A stretch of DNA of 64,000 nucleotides from a virus. A program made the position numbers and the translations under genes. The stretch covers positions 4,943 to 68,942 of the IMG/VR virus record IMGVR_UViG_3300028423_000586. One strand, given 5' to 3'. The notes under the pieces were generated by a model. The model ran no database searches. It worked only from the letters and a program-made list of their open reading frames with translations, and had not been told where the DNA came from. This document shows positions 1 to 12,000 of the stretch, piece by piece (position 1 is the first letter of the stretch; every line of letters starts with the position of its first letter).

Positions 1-432
1 ACCTTGGAAGAAGAGCAGTATCGTGCTTTTGCTAAGAACCTTGCTTATTGGTTACCTGTAGAAGTAGACTTACCTGCTTTACAACGTGAACGTAAATACC
101 GCCATTACAAAGGCTCTAAAGTCTTTCATAAGTTAGATGGTGAGTGCATTGAAGTAATGCCTTACTACCCTAATACACAGCAATCAGAAGACCTTGAAAC
201 AACCAAAGGTAAGATGGTTTCTGTCAGTGGTATGAAACGTTGGGTAATCCGTACTGCAACAGAAGGTCAACGTAATCATACGTTGTATCGTTATGCTGCA
301 TTCCTTAAAGAGAATAAGGTAAGTAAAGACAATATCGTTAAATCACTTAACGAAGTTAATAACTTACTAGATGACCCTCTAACTGAACAAGAGCTAGAAG
401 GTACTATTCTTAAGTCAATCAATAGGGATTAA
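1..432 (+). CDS. DNA primase, C-terminal part (N4 gp43-like; PriCT-type helical domain), truncated by window edge
   Basis: Open from the window start; EGQRNHTLYRYA...PLTEQELEGTI resembles the primase C-terminal domain; sits before AAA ATPase and SSB as in N4 gp43-44-45. Confidence 0.75.
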   Translation, partial: TLEEEQYRAFAKNLAYWLPVEVDLPALQRERKYRHYKGSKVFHKLDGECIEVMPYYPNTQQSEDLETTKGKMVSVSGMKRWVIRTATEGQRNHTLYRYAAFLKENKVSKDNIVKSLNEVNNLLDDPLTEQELEGTILKSINRD

Positions 433-435
433 GAC

Positions 436-1158
436 ATGGCTAATAACCTGATAGTTGCTGTAGTTGGTTTAGCTGGTAATGGTAAATCAGCTTCTTTGGA
501 ATCTATTCCTAATCAACCTTCATGGTTGTACTTGAACTGCGAGACTAATAAACCATTACCTTTTAAGCATTCGTTTAATGAGAAAGTGGTTACCAGTCCT
601 TCTAAATTAAAGCAGCTTATTAAAGCAGGTGCTTCTAACGACAAGTGTAAGGGTATCATTGTAGATACCCTAACCTCTGCATTAGATATGCAAGAGATGC
701 ACGCTAAGAAGACAGCAGAAGATAAGTACAAGATTTGGGATAACTACCGTGATTACATTCTTGACCTTTTCCAAGGGGCAGTAGCAGAGTGTAATAAACC
801 TATTATTTTCTTGTGTCACGTAGAAATGACCAAGGATATTAAAGGTCGTTCTAAACTTGCCATCTCGGTTAAGGGTTCTACTGCTAACCGAGGTATTGAG
901 TCTTTCTTTACCAATATCGTTTACGCTGATTACGTTGAGCTAGATGATTTGGAAGACTACAGAAATGACATGCTTACTATTACCGAAGATGAACAAATCG
1001 ACGAAGGTAAGTATGTTTTCCAAACACGTAAAACAGCTATGGGCGTTGGCTTAAATATTCGCTCAACCCGTGGTCTATGGACTCGCGATGAAACATACAT
1101 AGACAACAATATCATGCATGTAATTAACAAACTGAAAAATCTGTACGGAGATAAGTAA
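436..1158 (+). CDS. AAA ATPase, N4 gp44 / Sak4-like
   Basis: Walker A GLAGNGKS, Walker B IIVDT; synteny between primase and SSB. Confidence 0.8.
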   Translation: MANNLIVAVVGLAGNGKSASLESIPNQPSWLYLNCETNKPLPFKHSFNEKVVTSPSKLKQLIKAGASNDKCKGIIVDTLTSALDMQEMHAKKTAEDKYKIWDNYRDYILDLFQGAVAECNKPIIFLCHVEMTKDIKGRSKLAISVKGSTANRGIESFFTNIVYADYVELDDLEDYRNDMLTITEDEQIDEGKYVFQTRKTAMGVGLNIRSTRGLWTRDETYIDNNIMHVINKLKNLYGDK

Positions 1159-1970
1159 TGTCACAAGAAATTAACTTTGGTGGTAATGACGTAGTTGATA
1201 ACCAAGAAACAGTAGGTGGTGGCTGGACTGCTGATGACTCTGGTACACAACTAGTAGTTCTAACTGAAGCGTACCTTACTGAATCAGCTAAAGGTGCTCT
1301 TGCTTTTAACCTTAATACTAAAGATAAAGAAGGTAACGAACGTGCTTACCAGATTTACTTTACTAACCGAAATAAAGAAGTTTTCTACACAGATAAGAAA
1401 ACTCAAGAAAAACGTAAATTGCCGGGCTACCAGATGGTTGACAACATCTGTAAAGCAGCTTGCGGTAAAACGTTTATGGAAGTCAACAAGACTGCCAAAA
1501 AGAAAGTTATCGACTTGTATGACTTTGAATCTCGTAAAGAAATCCCAACTGAAGTTAAAGCATTCCCTGCTGTACTGAAGAAACCACTTATCCTTGGTAT
1601 CATTAAGATTATCAAGAATAAGTTTAAAAACGGTAAAGAAACCAGCGAGAAAATCGAAGTAAACGAAATTCACATGGTTTTCCGTAAAGAAGATAAACGT
1701 ACACCTAAAGAAGTAGATAATGGTGTAACGGAACCTAAGAACCATGAGAAGTGGGTTAAGTACTGGGATGGTCGAGTCAAAGACGAATATAAAGAAGTCG
1801 AAGACGAAGAAGAAAACACCGGTGAAAACCCATTCGGTGAAGACTCATCTGATGATTCAGATTTGTTTGGTGGTGATGATGAATCATCTGAAGAGCCAGA
1901 AAAAGAAGAAGATACTTCATCTGAACCTGATTTAGACGATGAAGATGAAGAAGACCCATTTGCTGACTAA
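1158..1970 (+). CDS. Single-stranded DNA-binding protein (N4 gp45-like)
   Basis: AYLTESAKGA and KRKLPGY motifs typical of N4-like SSBs; very acidic C-terminal tail; synteny. Confidence 0.8.
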   Translation: MSQEINFGGNDVVDNQETVGGGWTADDSGTQLVVLTEAYLTESAKGALAFNLNTKDKEGNERAYQIYFTNRNKEVFYTDKKTQEKRKLPGYQMVDNICKAACGKTFMEVNKTAKKKVIDLYDFESRKEIPTEVKAFPAVLKKPLILGIIKIIKNKFKNGKETSEKIEVNEIHMVFRKEDKRTPKEVDNGVTEPKNHEKWVKYWDGRVKDEYKEVEDEEENTGENPFGEDSSDDSDLFGGDDESSEEPEKEEDTSSEPDLDDEDEEDPFAD

Positions 1971-1991
1971 TCACTAATAACCAACTAAGAT

Positions 1992-2017
1992 AAAGCCCTA
2001 ACAAGGGCTTTTCTTTT
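1992..2017 (+). terminator. Rho-independent terminator after SSB
   Basis: AAAGCCCT-AACA-AGGGCTTT followed by TCTTTT. Confidence 0.8.
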
Positions 2018-2028
2018 AGGGGGTTATT

Positions 2029-2436
2029 GTGGCAAAGGTATACAAAGTCACTTCGCCTTTATGGTTACCTCAAACCAAAACGACAGGTAAGAAATTTTAT
2101 TTAAATTTAAACATCTATCGTAATGCACACCATATGACTCTAAATAATATGAAACGTGCGTATACCGAAAGGATGTTACCTTTATTGAAAGGCTTACCTG
2201 TGTTTGAAAATCCAATCATACTTAAGTTTGTTTTATACCCATCCAACAAACGGTTATGTGATGTGGATAATGTCTGTAGTATTCATGCTAAGTTTTTCCA
2301 AGATGCTTTAGTCAAAGCAGGAAAAATTGAGGACGATAACTACTTGTTCATTAAAGAGACTAGACACGCTATAGGGGAAGTGGATAAGGAAAACCCTAGA
2401 GTAGTAGTCTATCTAAAAGAATTAGGAAAAGATTGA
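2029..2436 (+). CDS. RusA-like Holliday junction resolvase
   Basis: DVDN...KFFQDALVKAGKIEDDN motif of the RusA family. Confidence 0.8.
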   Translation: MAKVYKVTSPLWLPQTKTTGKKFYLNLNIYRNAHHMTLNNMKRAYTERMLPLLKGLPVFENPIILKFVLYPSNKRLCDVDNVCSIHAKFFQDALVKAGKIEDDNYLFIKETRHAIGEVDKENPRVVVYLKELGKD

Positions 2437-2822
2437 TGTTTAAAGTAGAACATAGTGTAAAAATTAATATTGACGAAGCAGGTCTAAAGCAGCTCATTAT
2501 TGATGAGATTGCTCGTCAAAACCCTACTATCCAAGTAGATGACATCACCTTTACTCAACGCCGTAAACCAAGCACAGAAATCGAAGTTTCTGTAAGTGGT
2601 CATGTAGAAGGTGATGCTCCGGTACACACTCCTGTTAACGTAGAAGTAGAAGAAGAAGTTACTGAAGAAACTCCTACTGAACCTGAAACAGAAGAAGAAG
2701 AAGAAACAGACCTAGACCCTGCTAGTCAACTACTAGCTGATGAATCTTCTGACGACGTTGACGACCTTCTTGCTGATGAAGAAGAAGAAGAGCTAGACGA
2801 AGACGACCCATTCGCTGATTAA
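2436..2822 (+). CDS. Acidic protein ending in the same DPFAD tail as the SSB
   Basis: ORF with SD; acidic low-complexity C-terminus EEELDEDDPFAD. Confidence 0.75.
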   Translation: MFKVEHSVKINIDEAGLKQLIIDEIARQNPTIQVDDITFTQRRKPSTEIEVSVSGHVEGDAPVHTPVNVEVEEEVTEETPTEPETEEEEETDLDPASQLLADESSDDVDDLLADEEEEELDEDDPFAD

Positions 2823-2833
2823 GTAGGTGGTGT

Positions 2834-3016
2834 ATGAGCTTTATTAAGCGACTTAAGACTAAGCTGCTTGCATTGCTCATAACATTAGGGGTAATAGGAT
2901 GTTTCTTCCTATTACCCCTAATTGTTAGCCTATTTATATTTATAGGCGTAGGTGCTTTAGTCTACATATTCGTCTTATCTGTATTACATGAAACAGATGA
3001 AGACGAAAATACTTAG
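2834..3016 (+). CDS. Small membrane protein
   Basis: Long hydrophobic stretch after a basic N-terminus; converges on the vRNAP stop. Confidence 0.65.
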   Translation: MSFIKRLKTKLLALLITLGVIGCFFLLPLIVSLFIFIGVGALVYIFVLSVLHETDEDENT

Positions 3017-6000
3017 TAGAATTGGGCTATTGGGTGAGCATTAGTACCCATACTAATACCATCCATAAGCCCTATCTTAGCTCCCAAATCAACTGATGGT
3101 GCAAAAGAATTTAATGGACTATCCACATCAATAGCCATTAAGTTTTGAGCAGCTAAGAAAGCAAGAATCCTAGCCGGTTTATCTCTAAAGGCATTAAGAA
3201 TCACTTTCTGAATACGAATAAAGTATTTAAAGAACCATGTGATACCAACATCATTCATATACTGCATTGCTTTATGAGGTGGTAAGTCATAGTTGATAAA
3301 TGCTTCAGTAATAGCAGTAAGTGCATTCTCCTGTGTATAACCTTCATTCTTGGTTAAGTGATTAAACAATGCAAAACGTGCTGCAAAGTCAGATAACTGA
3401 GTAGCTTGGCTTAGAGCATCATATGTAATAGAACCTTGAGATATAGTAATCTGCTTAACACCTTCAACCAAAGTATCAGGAAGCATACTAGTAACACTGC
3501 TTACTTTACTTGCTAGACTGTGTTTGTATGAGTAGATACTATCCTGCGCATCTGAATCCTCAATAATGGTTTGAAGCATACCTGCATCCATAAGAGGTTT
3601 AACTGGATTACGTTGCTGGTCTTGGTTAAGTCTTACTAAACGGTTTTCCATAGCAGGAGTACCTAAACCGGCATCAATCTTAGTCTGTAAGTCAAATATC
3701 TCTTCTGAGTTTTTACGGTATTCAGATGCAGCAGTAAATGCAGTTATCTGGTCAGTAATAGTCTTTATAGGACTTACACCATGTAATACAGGAAGCTGCA
3801 TTGTGTTAGAAATAGCGTTACCTAGCATGACGATAACAGACTTGATAACCACTATATCTTTCACTTCTTTTACAAATTCTTGTAAACCTCTTTCACCTCT
3901 AGCTACATAGTTAGCAATCTTATTACCATACACACTACTAGCCATTTTAACTGCCATGTCTTTAATAAGAGCAGGGTACTCACTATCAGGGTTCCACAAG
4001 TCAGTTAAAGACCATTTACGGTAACCAAAAGCTACGTTCACTAAGTCATTTCTGACATACACACCTTCAATACCAAACTTATTTTTTGCTTTACGTTTAG
4101 CTTCTTCAGGTAGGAGATTCCAAGTTTCACGTAGTTGTTTATCTTTGGAGTTAGCCTCTACTAACACATAACGGTCTAAGTTATTTGAATCTCTATCCTC
4201 TATGTACTGCTCATGTAAGGCATCAATCAAACGATTGTTAATCTCCTCACTGTTTACTTTAAGGGTGATACCTGCTGCCATAGCACCAAAGACTTCATCA
4301 ACACGGTTATCCTTACGTAGTAAGCTATCCTTCATTGACTCGCTCATTACATAACGGTAATCCACTACTTGACCTGCTTTATTCGTAGTAGGTACAAGAG
4401 GGTTAAATACAGTCTTAGGTTTATTAGTGAATAGACTACCCATTGAAGCTTCTTTACTACGTGCTATCTGAGCGATGACTTCAGGTTTTCTGGCATTAGG
4501 TAATGCATTACCTGCTTGTGCAAAACGGTCAATAACACTAAAGCCTTTAGCTGCTTTATTAGCAGTCGAAAGAATACTCTGTAAGTAAGAAATCTCACCG
4601 CCGTATTCAGAAACATATAAGAACATAGGTTTCTTAACAGGGTCATTCTTATCTGCATTTAATGGTCTATTGATACGGACATAACCTTGTAATTTAAGCT
4701 CTGATTCAGCCTCTAATGGAGCTACTTGAACACTACGGTAAGGGTCTACTATCTCTCTAATGTAGCCTTTCTGGAAGTTGTGCTCTGCATTAACAAAATT
4801 CTTAGTTAGAGCATCCTTCTTATTACGGTTATGTAGAGCCATCAAGAAGTAAGCACCATTACGGTTATCTGTTCTTGCTGCTTCTTTAGCCATAACACGG
4901 GATACTCTACGTTTATCAGAAAACTGAGTCATCTTAAGAGCTTGTAGTGTAACTAAACTATCCACTCGATTGCGTACAGCAGTACTAACATTAGGGTTAG
5001 TTTTACCAGTACCGTGTAAAGATACAATAGCATCTGTGTTGAACACCATTCCATCTACAGTAGCTTCACCTCTAGCCATGTATCTACCTAATGATTTACC
5101 CATATTAGTAAAGTAGTAGTACAGGTCTTGTGGAACATCTTGACGTAATTGAGCAGTTAACTTAGTAATCTCTTTGTTAAGGAGCTCTTTATCAGCTATG
5201 AGGTTTTGGATAGTAGTCAAGTCATATCCATTCTCTAGTAGACTACTCACATCTGCTTTAAGTAAAACTTTTGTCATAGCAAAGCTATCTTTTTCTTCAA
5301 GAGGTTCTATAAACTCATCACGTACCATACGTGCAGTATGTTGTTTAATATGTACGTTTTCTTGGTCTACCATTTTATTTTTGATAGCCAATAATTGATG
5401 GATTCTTTGGTTACCTGAATTAGTGCCTTTTAGGTCTGACCATAATGCAGATATAAATCCTTCTCTCCCTTGTGCTCTCAGGCTCTGTACACGGTCTAAA
5501 CCAATTGCAAAGGTGTTTGCACGTTCTTCACTTAGAAGGACCCCTGCTAAACGTACAGAAGCATTTAGGACAGCTCTCTCTTTGACTGCTTTTTGGGATG
5601 CCTCTAAAGCTTTATCAATACGCTCTTTACCCCAATTGTTTATACGGTTAAGAGTATTAGAAGCAAAACCTCCAATCCTTTCAGCATCCTTAGCTAATTT
5701 AGATTTCTCAGCTAATTCTTTGTAGCGGATGTTCTTAGAGAGAGTATCTAGTTTACCTAGTACAGTAGATTCATGAGAACGGGTAATAGCAAAATCATTC
5801 AACCAATTAATGATTGCAGTCATCACGTTATCAATAGTCTCACGAACTGTATCCCCTTTAAGACTCTTACTTAACAAACGTGGTGTTTCCAAATTAGCTA
5901 AACGTTCACGGAAAGATTCGTTGGTTACAGCTAATGCAAGGAAATTACGTAGATAATCATTCACACCTGTTCCTGCATTATTAAATACAGCATCATAACG

Positions 6001-9000
6001 AGATTGAGCTAAAGCTTTAGATTGCTCAATATCTTCAGGTGTATTAAGTACAGACGAGTCATCAACGAAGTCTTCCCAAGTCATATTTTTTTCAGCATGG
6101 TCGTACATACGTCTGATTTCACGAGTATTCCAACCAAAGTCATTAAGTGCTGAATCAATAACATGACTGTACATACCGTAAACAAATCGCTCTTGCTCAC
6201 TCATACGGAAGTTAAGACCAGATAAAACTGTAAGAGTATCGTTAACACTTGGGTCTAATCTATTTAGTAAAAGAGCATCTTCTGTAGCCAATCCTTGGTT
6301 AGCATCTGTAGTAACCAACAATGCAGGGTCAATCACTTTAGATACTGCTTCATCTAAAACTGTTCTAAGATGAGTATCATGCTCATTGGTTATTTGAACT
6401 GTATTACGTCGAGCAACACCATCATATACTTGAGATAGGGTTAAACGTTTAATAGAGTCCTCTGCTCTATGAGGTAGTGTTTTAGGGTTACCTGTAATTG
6501 AGTTATCTACTCTCTTACCGTAAGTACTTAGTGTGAATGCCTTATCAAGTAATTGAATCAGTGCATTGTTGTCAGCATCGGTCATACCTAGCATCTGTTT
6601 AACTAATCTAGTAACAGAATTAGCTAGTGCTCTTAGACGAGTTTTACTCTTAGATAACTCTGATTTAGCTTGGTTATTAGTTAATCCCCAAGCAACAAAT
6701 TCATAGATATTCTCTAATGCATTAGCCGGTAAGGTATTACGCTTAACTGCATCATCGTATAATTTCTGAATATCACGTACAGCTTTAAGTTGGGCTTTGG
6801 TTAGTCCTAAATCAACACCGGTACGTAACTGCTCTAATCCATTGAATAAAGCATCACTTGTAGCTATATGTACTAGCTCATGGAATAACGTCTCTGTGGT
6901 GAAACCAGTATTAATTTTATCTTCAGCGTTAAGATAAATAACGTTATCGGTAGTAGATGCATAACCATGTAGTAACTCAGTGTTTTCTTTACCTTGGTTA
7001 GTCACTACATCATGATTATCAGTACCACGTAATACTCTTACTGTTACCCCACCTGTATTAGCAATATTAGCTAACAAAGCATCATAGATAACACGGGTTG
7101 TTGTAGGTATTTCTAAAGTACTTACTAAGTCTCTTAAGTCAGTAACACTAGCTTCAGACCTACCTTTAAAGAAATCAGCGATAGGTGTCTCAGCATCAGG
7201 ATTAACATAACCAGTAGATAGGCTCTCACTCACATTACGCTCTATTGATGCCAGTGTAGTGTCTATATTTTCTGTTTCTGGTAGCTGTTGTGTAGCAGTG
7301 AGCAGCTTCTGCTCAGAGTTAACAATAGCCTCGGTAATCATCTCTGGAGTTAGCTCTACTCCTTTCTTAACTTCACCATTGTTAAAACGTACACCTGTAC
7401 CCAAAGCTTCAAACTGGTTAAAGGTGAGTTCTTTTTTCAGTAAGGTTTTTGCTTCGTTGTTATTCTCTAATGCAAGTTCATTTTTAGCTGCAACAATACT
7501 CAAGTACTTGTTAAGCATATTTTCATCAATCATTGAGACTACTTGCTCATCATTGAATGTAGTTGAGCTATTACCTTTAAATAAGGTTGCCTTACCTTTA
7601 ACTACCTTACCGCCTTGGAAATATGCAACTGCATAGTGCTTTAGTTGAATTACACTAGGGTCGTTTGAGTCTAACTCAGTATTACTAAATGCTTTATAAG
7701 AAGCTGCAAAACGCTCATTGACTGTTTCTAGAATACTATGCTCTGCAACTGCTTCATAGGCAGAACGGTTAAGAGAGAATGCTGATTCTACAACACTGTT
7801 TATAGGTGCAATACGAGCATCAAATACGTTTAAACCAATGTTCTTAGTAGAGTATTGAGTAGCTCTAGCCATAGTTGTAGCATCGCCGTTAGCGATGTTT
7901 AGCATAGCCATAGTACTAGCAGCAGGAGCTGTGTAAGTAGGTAAATATGAAGGAGTTAAACTAAACCCTTTCATAGTATCGCCAATAGTAAACAAGCTCT
8001 TAACTTCATCAGGTACTTGGTTAGTCTCTGCAAAGTTTGCTGTTTGAATACCGTTGTTTACATCACCGTAGTAACTGCGATATACCGGCATAGTCTCAAT
8101 GAGCTCTTTCTTAACCTCGTTAAGTTGTTGCTCACTTAGATATTCATAAGAGCTCAATACACCTGAGTTGCGTAGTTCAGCAATACGGTCATTTACTGCT
8201 TTATCGTACATGGCTTTAAACATAAAGAAGATAACGTTACTAGATTCAGTAACTAAATCAGTATTTTCTATTTGAGTTTCAAAGTTTTCTCGAATAGCTT
8301 TATTAACCATGTTACCTAGTGTCTCACGTACCGTTTTATTCATGGTTTTCACCATGTTTGGTGTGAATTCAAAATCAGACGGAGACATAGAAGTAATAGA
8401 GTTATCCCCTGTTAGGAAGATAATGTCATTAGCAATCTCGTTTAGCTTTTGAGTATTGTTAGACTCTACAGCAGCTTGTAAATCTTCTAGGATATTACTG
8501 CGAATTGATTCAGCAATCTTATTACTAATAGATGCTTCACCCGCAGCATAAACCGTTACCGTAACAGGGTTCTTAGTTAGTTTACGTCCTTTAGAGGTAA
8601 CACTAATTAAATCACCTGTATCTTCATCTACAGATACAATCTCACCTACATACTTTTTAAGTACAGGATAACGCTGCTTAGATAACAAAGTTACTTCATC
8701 ATTAATGATGTTAGGGTTAAGTAACTCTTGTTCATACTGACCTATAGTAGCAGCAGTGGTTTGATAGATATCCCAGTTACTTGGATTACTAATCCAGTCA
8801 GTATATGACTGAGTACCATCCAAGAATAAACCACCTTGAGCCATACGTTGGATGCTATCGTCTGTGACCTTACCGTTTACTACTTGTAAGCCCATTTGTA
8901 TATGTGCATTAAATGGACCATTCGTAATACCATCAATCTCGTAGGTAACTGTAGTATCAAAAGGCTTACCATTAGCTAAGCGCAATTCCGCTAAACCAAC

Positions 9001-12000
9001 CAATGATTTTAATGAATGGGTATTCTCTCCACCTTTAGCTACAGCAGCAGTAATAGCCGATACATCTGCTTCTTGGCTAGATAGTAATTTAGTAAGCTCA
9101 GTTACACCTGAATCAATAACAGGGTCATTAATAAGTTGTTCGTATTCATACAAGCTCTTAGCTAACGTTTGCTTATCAATGTCGATACCCATACCTTGAG
9201 CCACACCTAGTTTAAAGGTGACGTAACTAGCATTAGTGTTATCGCTAGGGTCAATACGGCTAGGTTCCATTGCAGTCAAGTAACGATGTAGTTTAGATGT
9301 TTGATAGTTAATATCAGAACCAATAGCAGATAAACGAAGTTGTTTACCAAAACGATAGTTGTAGAAAAACGGAGCATTAAGATTACCTTCCTGCTTTAGC
9401 ATACGGTTTCTAAATTCTTTGAATGTTCGGATATCTCTACGTACTGTTCGATTCTTACCTACTACTTTAGGAAGTAATCCTTTGATTACTCCTTCTTCTG
9501 ATTTCTCCCCTAAAATCTCAGCAATAACGTCATCACCTAAAGCATCAAAAACAGTGTTCATATTAGCGTCAATATAATGAGGTACGTCTGCATCTTTATT
9601 AGCACCTTCTACAAACTTTTTAGATGCTACCTGACCACCAGAACGTCTTACCTGATTACTAACCTTGCTAGTACGTTTACCAATCTCAGCCTTATGTGGT
9701 TCCTTGGTTACAGAGGTTAATGATTCAATAAACCCATCCAGAGCACCAAACAACTCAAGTGAATCAGTACCAAAACCAGTATCCAATGATTTAAGGTTTA
9801 CTTTTGAACTACGTATTACCGCCTTATCGTTTGTGTAGTTACCGCCTAACTCATTTAGCTGTTGACCTGTGAATGTCTCAGTCTCAATAACATTCATATC
9901 TTCTAAAGCACGATAAATAACACGACCTAAATCCATCTCAATCTTGCTTTGAATATTGATAGGCATATCAGTATTACGTTTAAGACCTACATTCTTAAGT
10001 GCTGTTCGACCTAATGCTTTTACTACTTCTAAGTAAGGAGAACCTGCATTACCTAAAGCACTTAATTGTTGAGATGTAGGAGTAAAGTTACTTGAATCAA
10101 CATTCAACAATGTAGCCATACCGGTATTGCTGATAGAGTTTAACTGAGATGCATTGTTCTCTAGGTACTCCATTGCTGTAATACCTAATGTCTCTAACAA
10201 CTCATCTGAGTATGTACCGTCTTCTCTTGAGAAGTAATCAAAAGGGAATCTATGTTGAAAACCTCTTCGAGCCAAGATTTCAGCAGGGGTCTTGAGATTA
10301 TTAGTAATACTGTCAGCTACTTGAGAACTAAAACTACCTAGTACACTCAATAAAGTATTTTCAGAAGGTAGTAAGTCTCTACCCAACTCTAATGCAACTT
10401 CTTCCGTATTCGTGATATCAATAGAATCAATCAATCCACGTCGGGTATTAGTAAATACCACGTTTACTTGGTTAGTTGATAAGAAATTCTTATCAGCTCC
10501 TTCATACGTTTTGTTCTTTGATTGTGGTTCAGCACCAGTATTCAATTCATCAAGAACACCTGATTGAGAAGGTGCAGAAGTTACATCACCCTCATCATTG
10601 AAAACATAATCACGAGACTCAAGCTCTTCTTTTGCATCCAGAGTAGTAATGTCTTTACGAGAATCTGTCTCTAAGTTGTGGACAGCTAATAGCTCAATAT
10701 CAGTAGCAGACGATGCTGGATTTACTACATTTTCATCTGTTGTTTCCTGTACCGCTTCAGGGGTTGCCTCAGTAGTAGGGGTATCAGTTACTTCAGTAGT
10801 TTCTACATCTGTAGATGCTTCAGTAGTGATTTCTTCATTAACATCTGTTGTATTAGTAGGAGTAGATGCAGTAAGTAGTTCAGGGTTACTAAACCCTGCT
10901 ACTTGGTTATTTAGATTTTGTAATGTCTGTGCAGATAATTGAGCTTCCACACTGATATCATTAACCAACTTGTCAGCATTAGCGTCTACTGTAGCTTGGG
11001 AGCCATCAAGCTTAAGGAAACCTTCTACGGGTACTCTTGTACCTGCCGGAGAAGCCTTAGCCTGTTCTAGAGCATTCTGATAAGCAGTAGCTTTGTTGCT
11101 TAGGTGGTTAGCAAAGTTACCCAACAGCGATAACTGATTCTTAGCTTGTTGAGTACTACCCATGTTAAGCATAGTGCCAATACGTTGCTGATATTGTCTT
11201 AAACCAATAAATCCTTTACCGCCATTCACAATATCATTATGAACAGCATCAGTAGATTTAAGAGTGTCATTCAACTCAGCAGTAAGACGCAACTGATTAG
11301 CCCTTTGAGGACTTACGTTAGGGTTGTTAGAAGCTTGAATAAGCTCTTCGCTAGTTACTTGGTCAGTAGTGATTGCAGCTTCATTTAATAGAGCAGCATC
11401 TTTATCAATACGTGCTTGATTGAAACCGTCAGCATCATTAGCCAATGAACTAGTCTCTGATTCAATATCTAAAATACGAGACTTAATTTCATTAACTTTA
11501 TCAGGACTAGTAGCAATAGCATTAAAGGTATTTTCTACTTGTTGTGAGTAAGTATCACGTACTTTTTCAAGACGAGTCAGTTCCTGTTTCGTCTCTTTTT
11601 GGTTTCGTTTGATTTCTTCACGACTAGTCTCATTAAGACCTTCTTGCTGAGCCATAGCATCTAACTCATCAAGCATCACCTCAGCATTTTCAATACGTGA
11701 GTTAACAATGTTAAGGGTGTTCTTAGCTAATAAGGCTGCATCTTCTTTAGTAGTTTCTAAAGTAGACTCTTGTTTCTGAAGATTAGTAGCATTACGTAAT
11801 ACTTTTGCTAAGTCTGATGCTTTATCGTAACTAGCTTCAGAAACTGATTCACGTACAGTGTCATCCGAAATAATAGAATTATCTAAGTTGACTTCAGCAG
11901 TACCCGTATTTACTTTCTCTGTTACGTTTTGTTTAGTCTCTAAACCCTTACGTAAGTTATTTACTTTTTCTACAGATGTAACACCACCTGCTAAAGCAGC

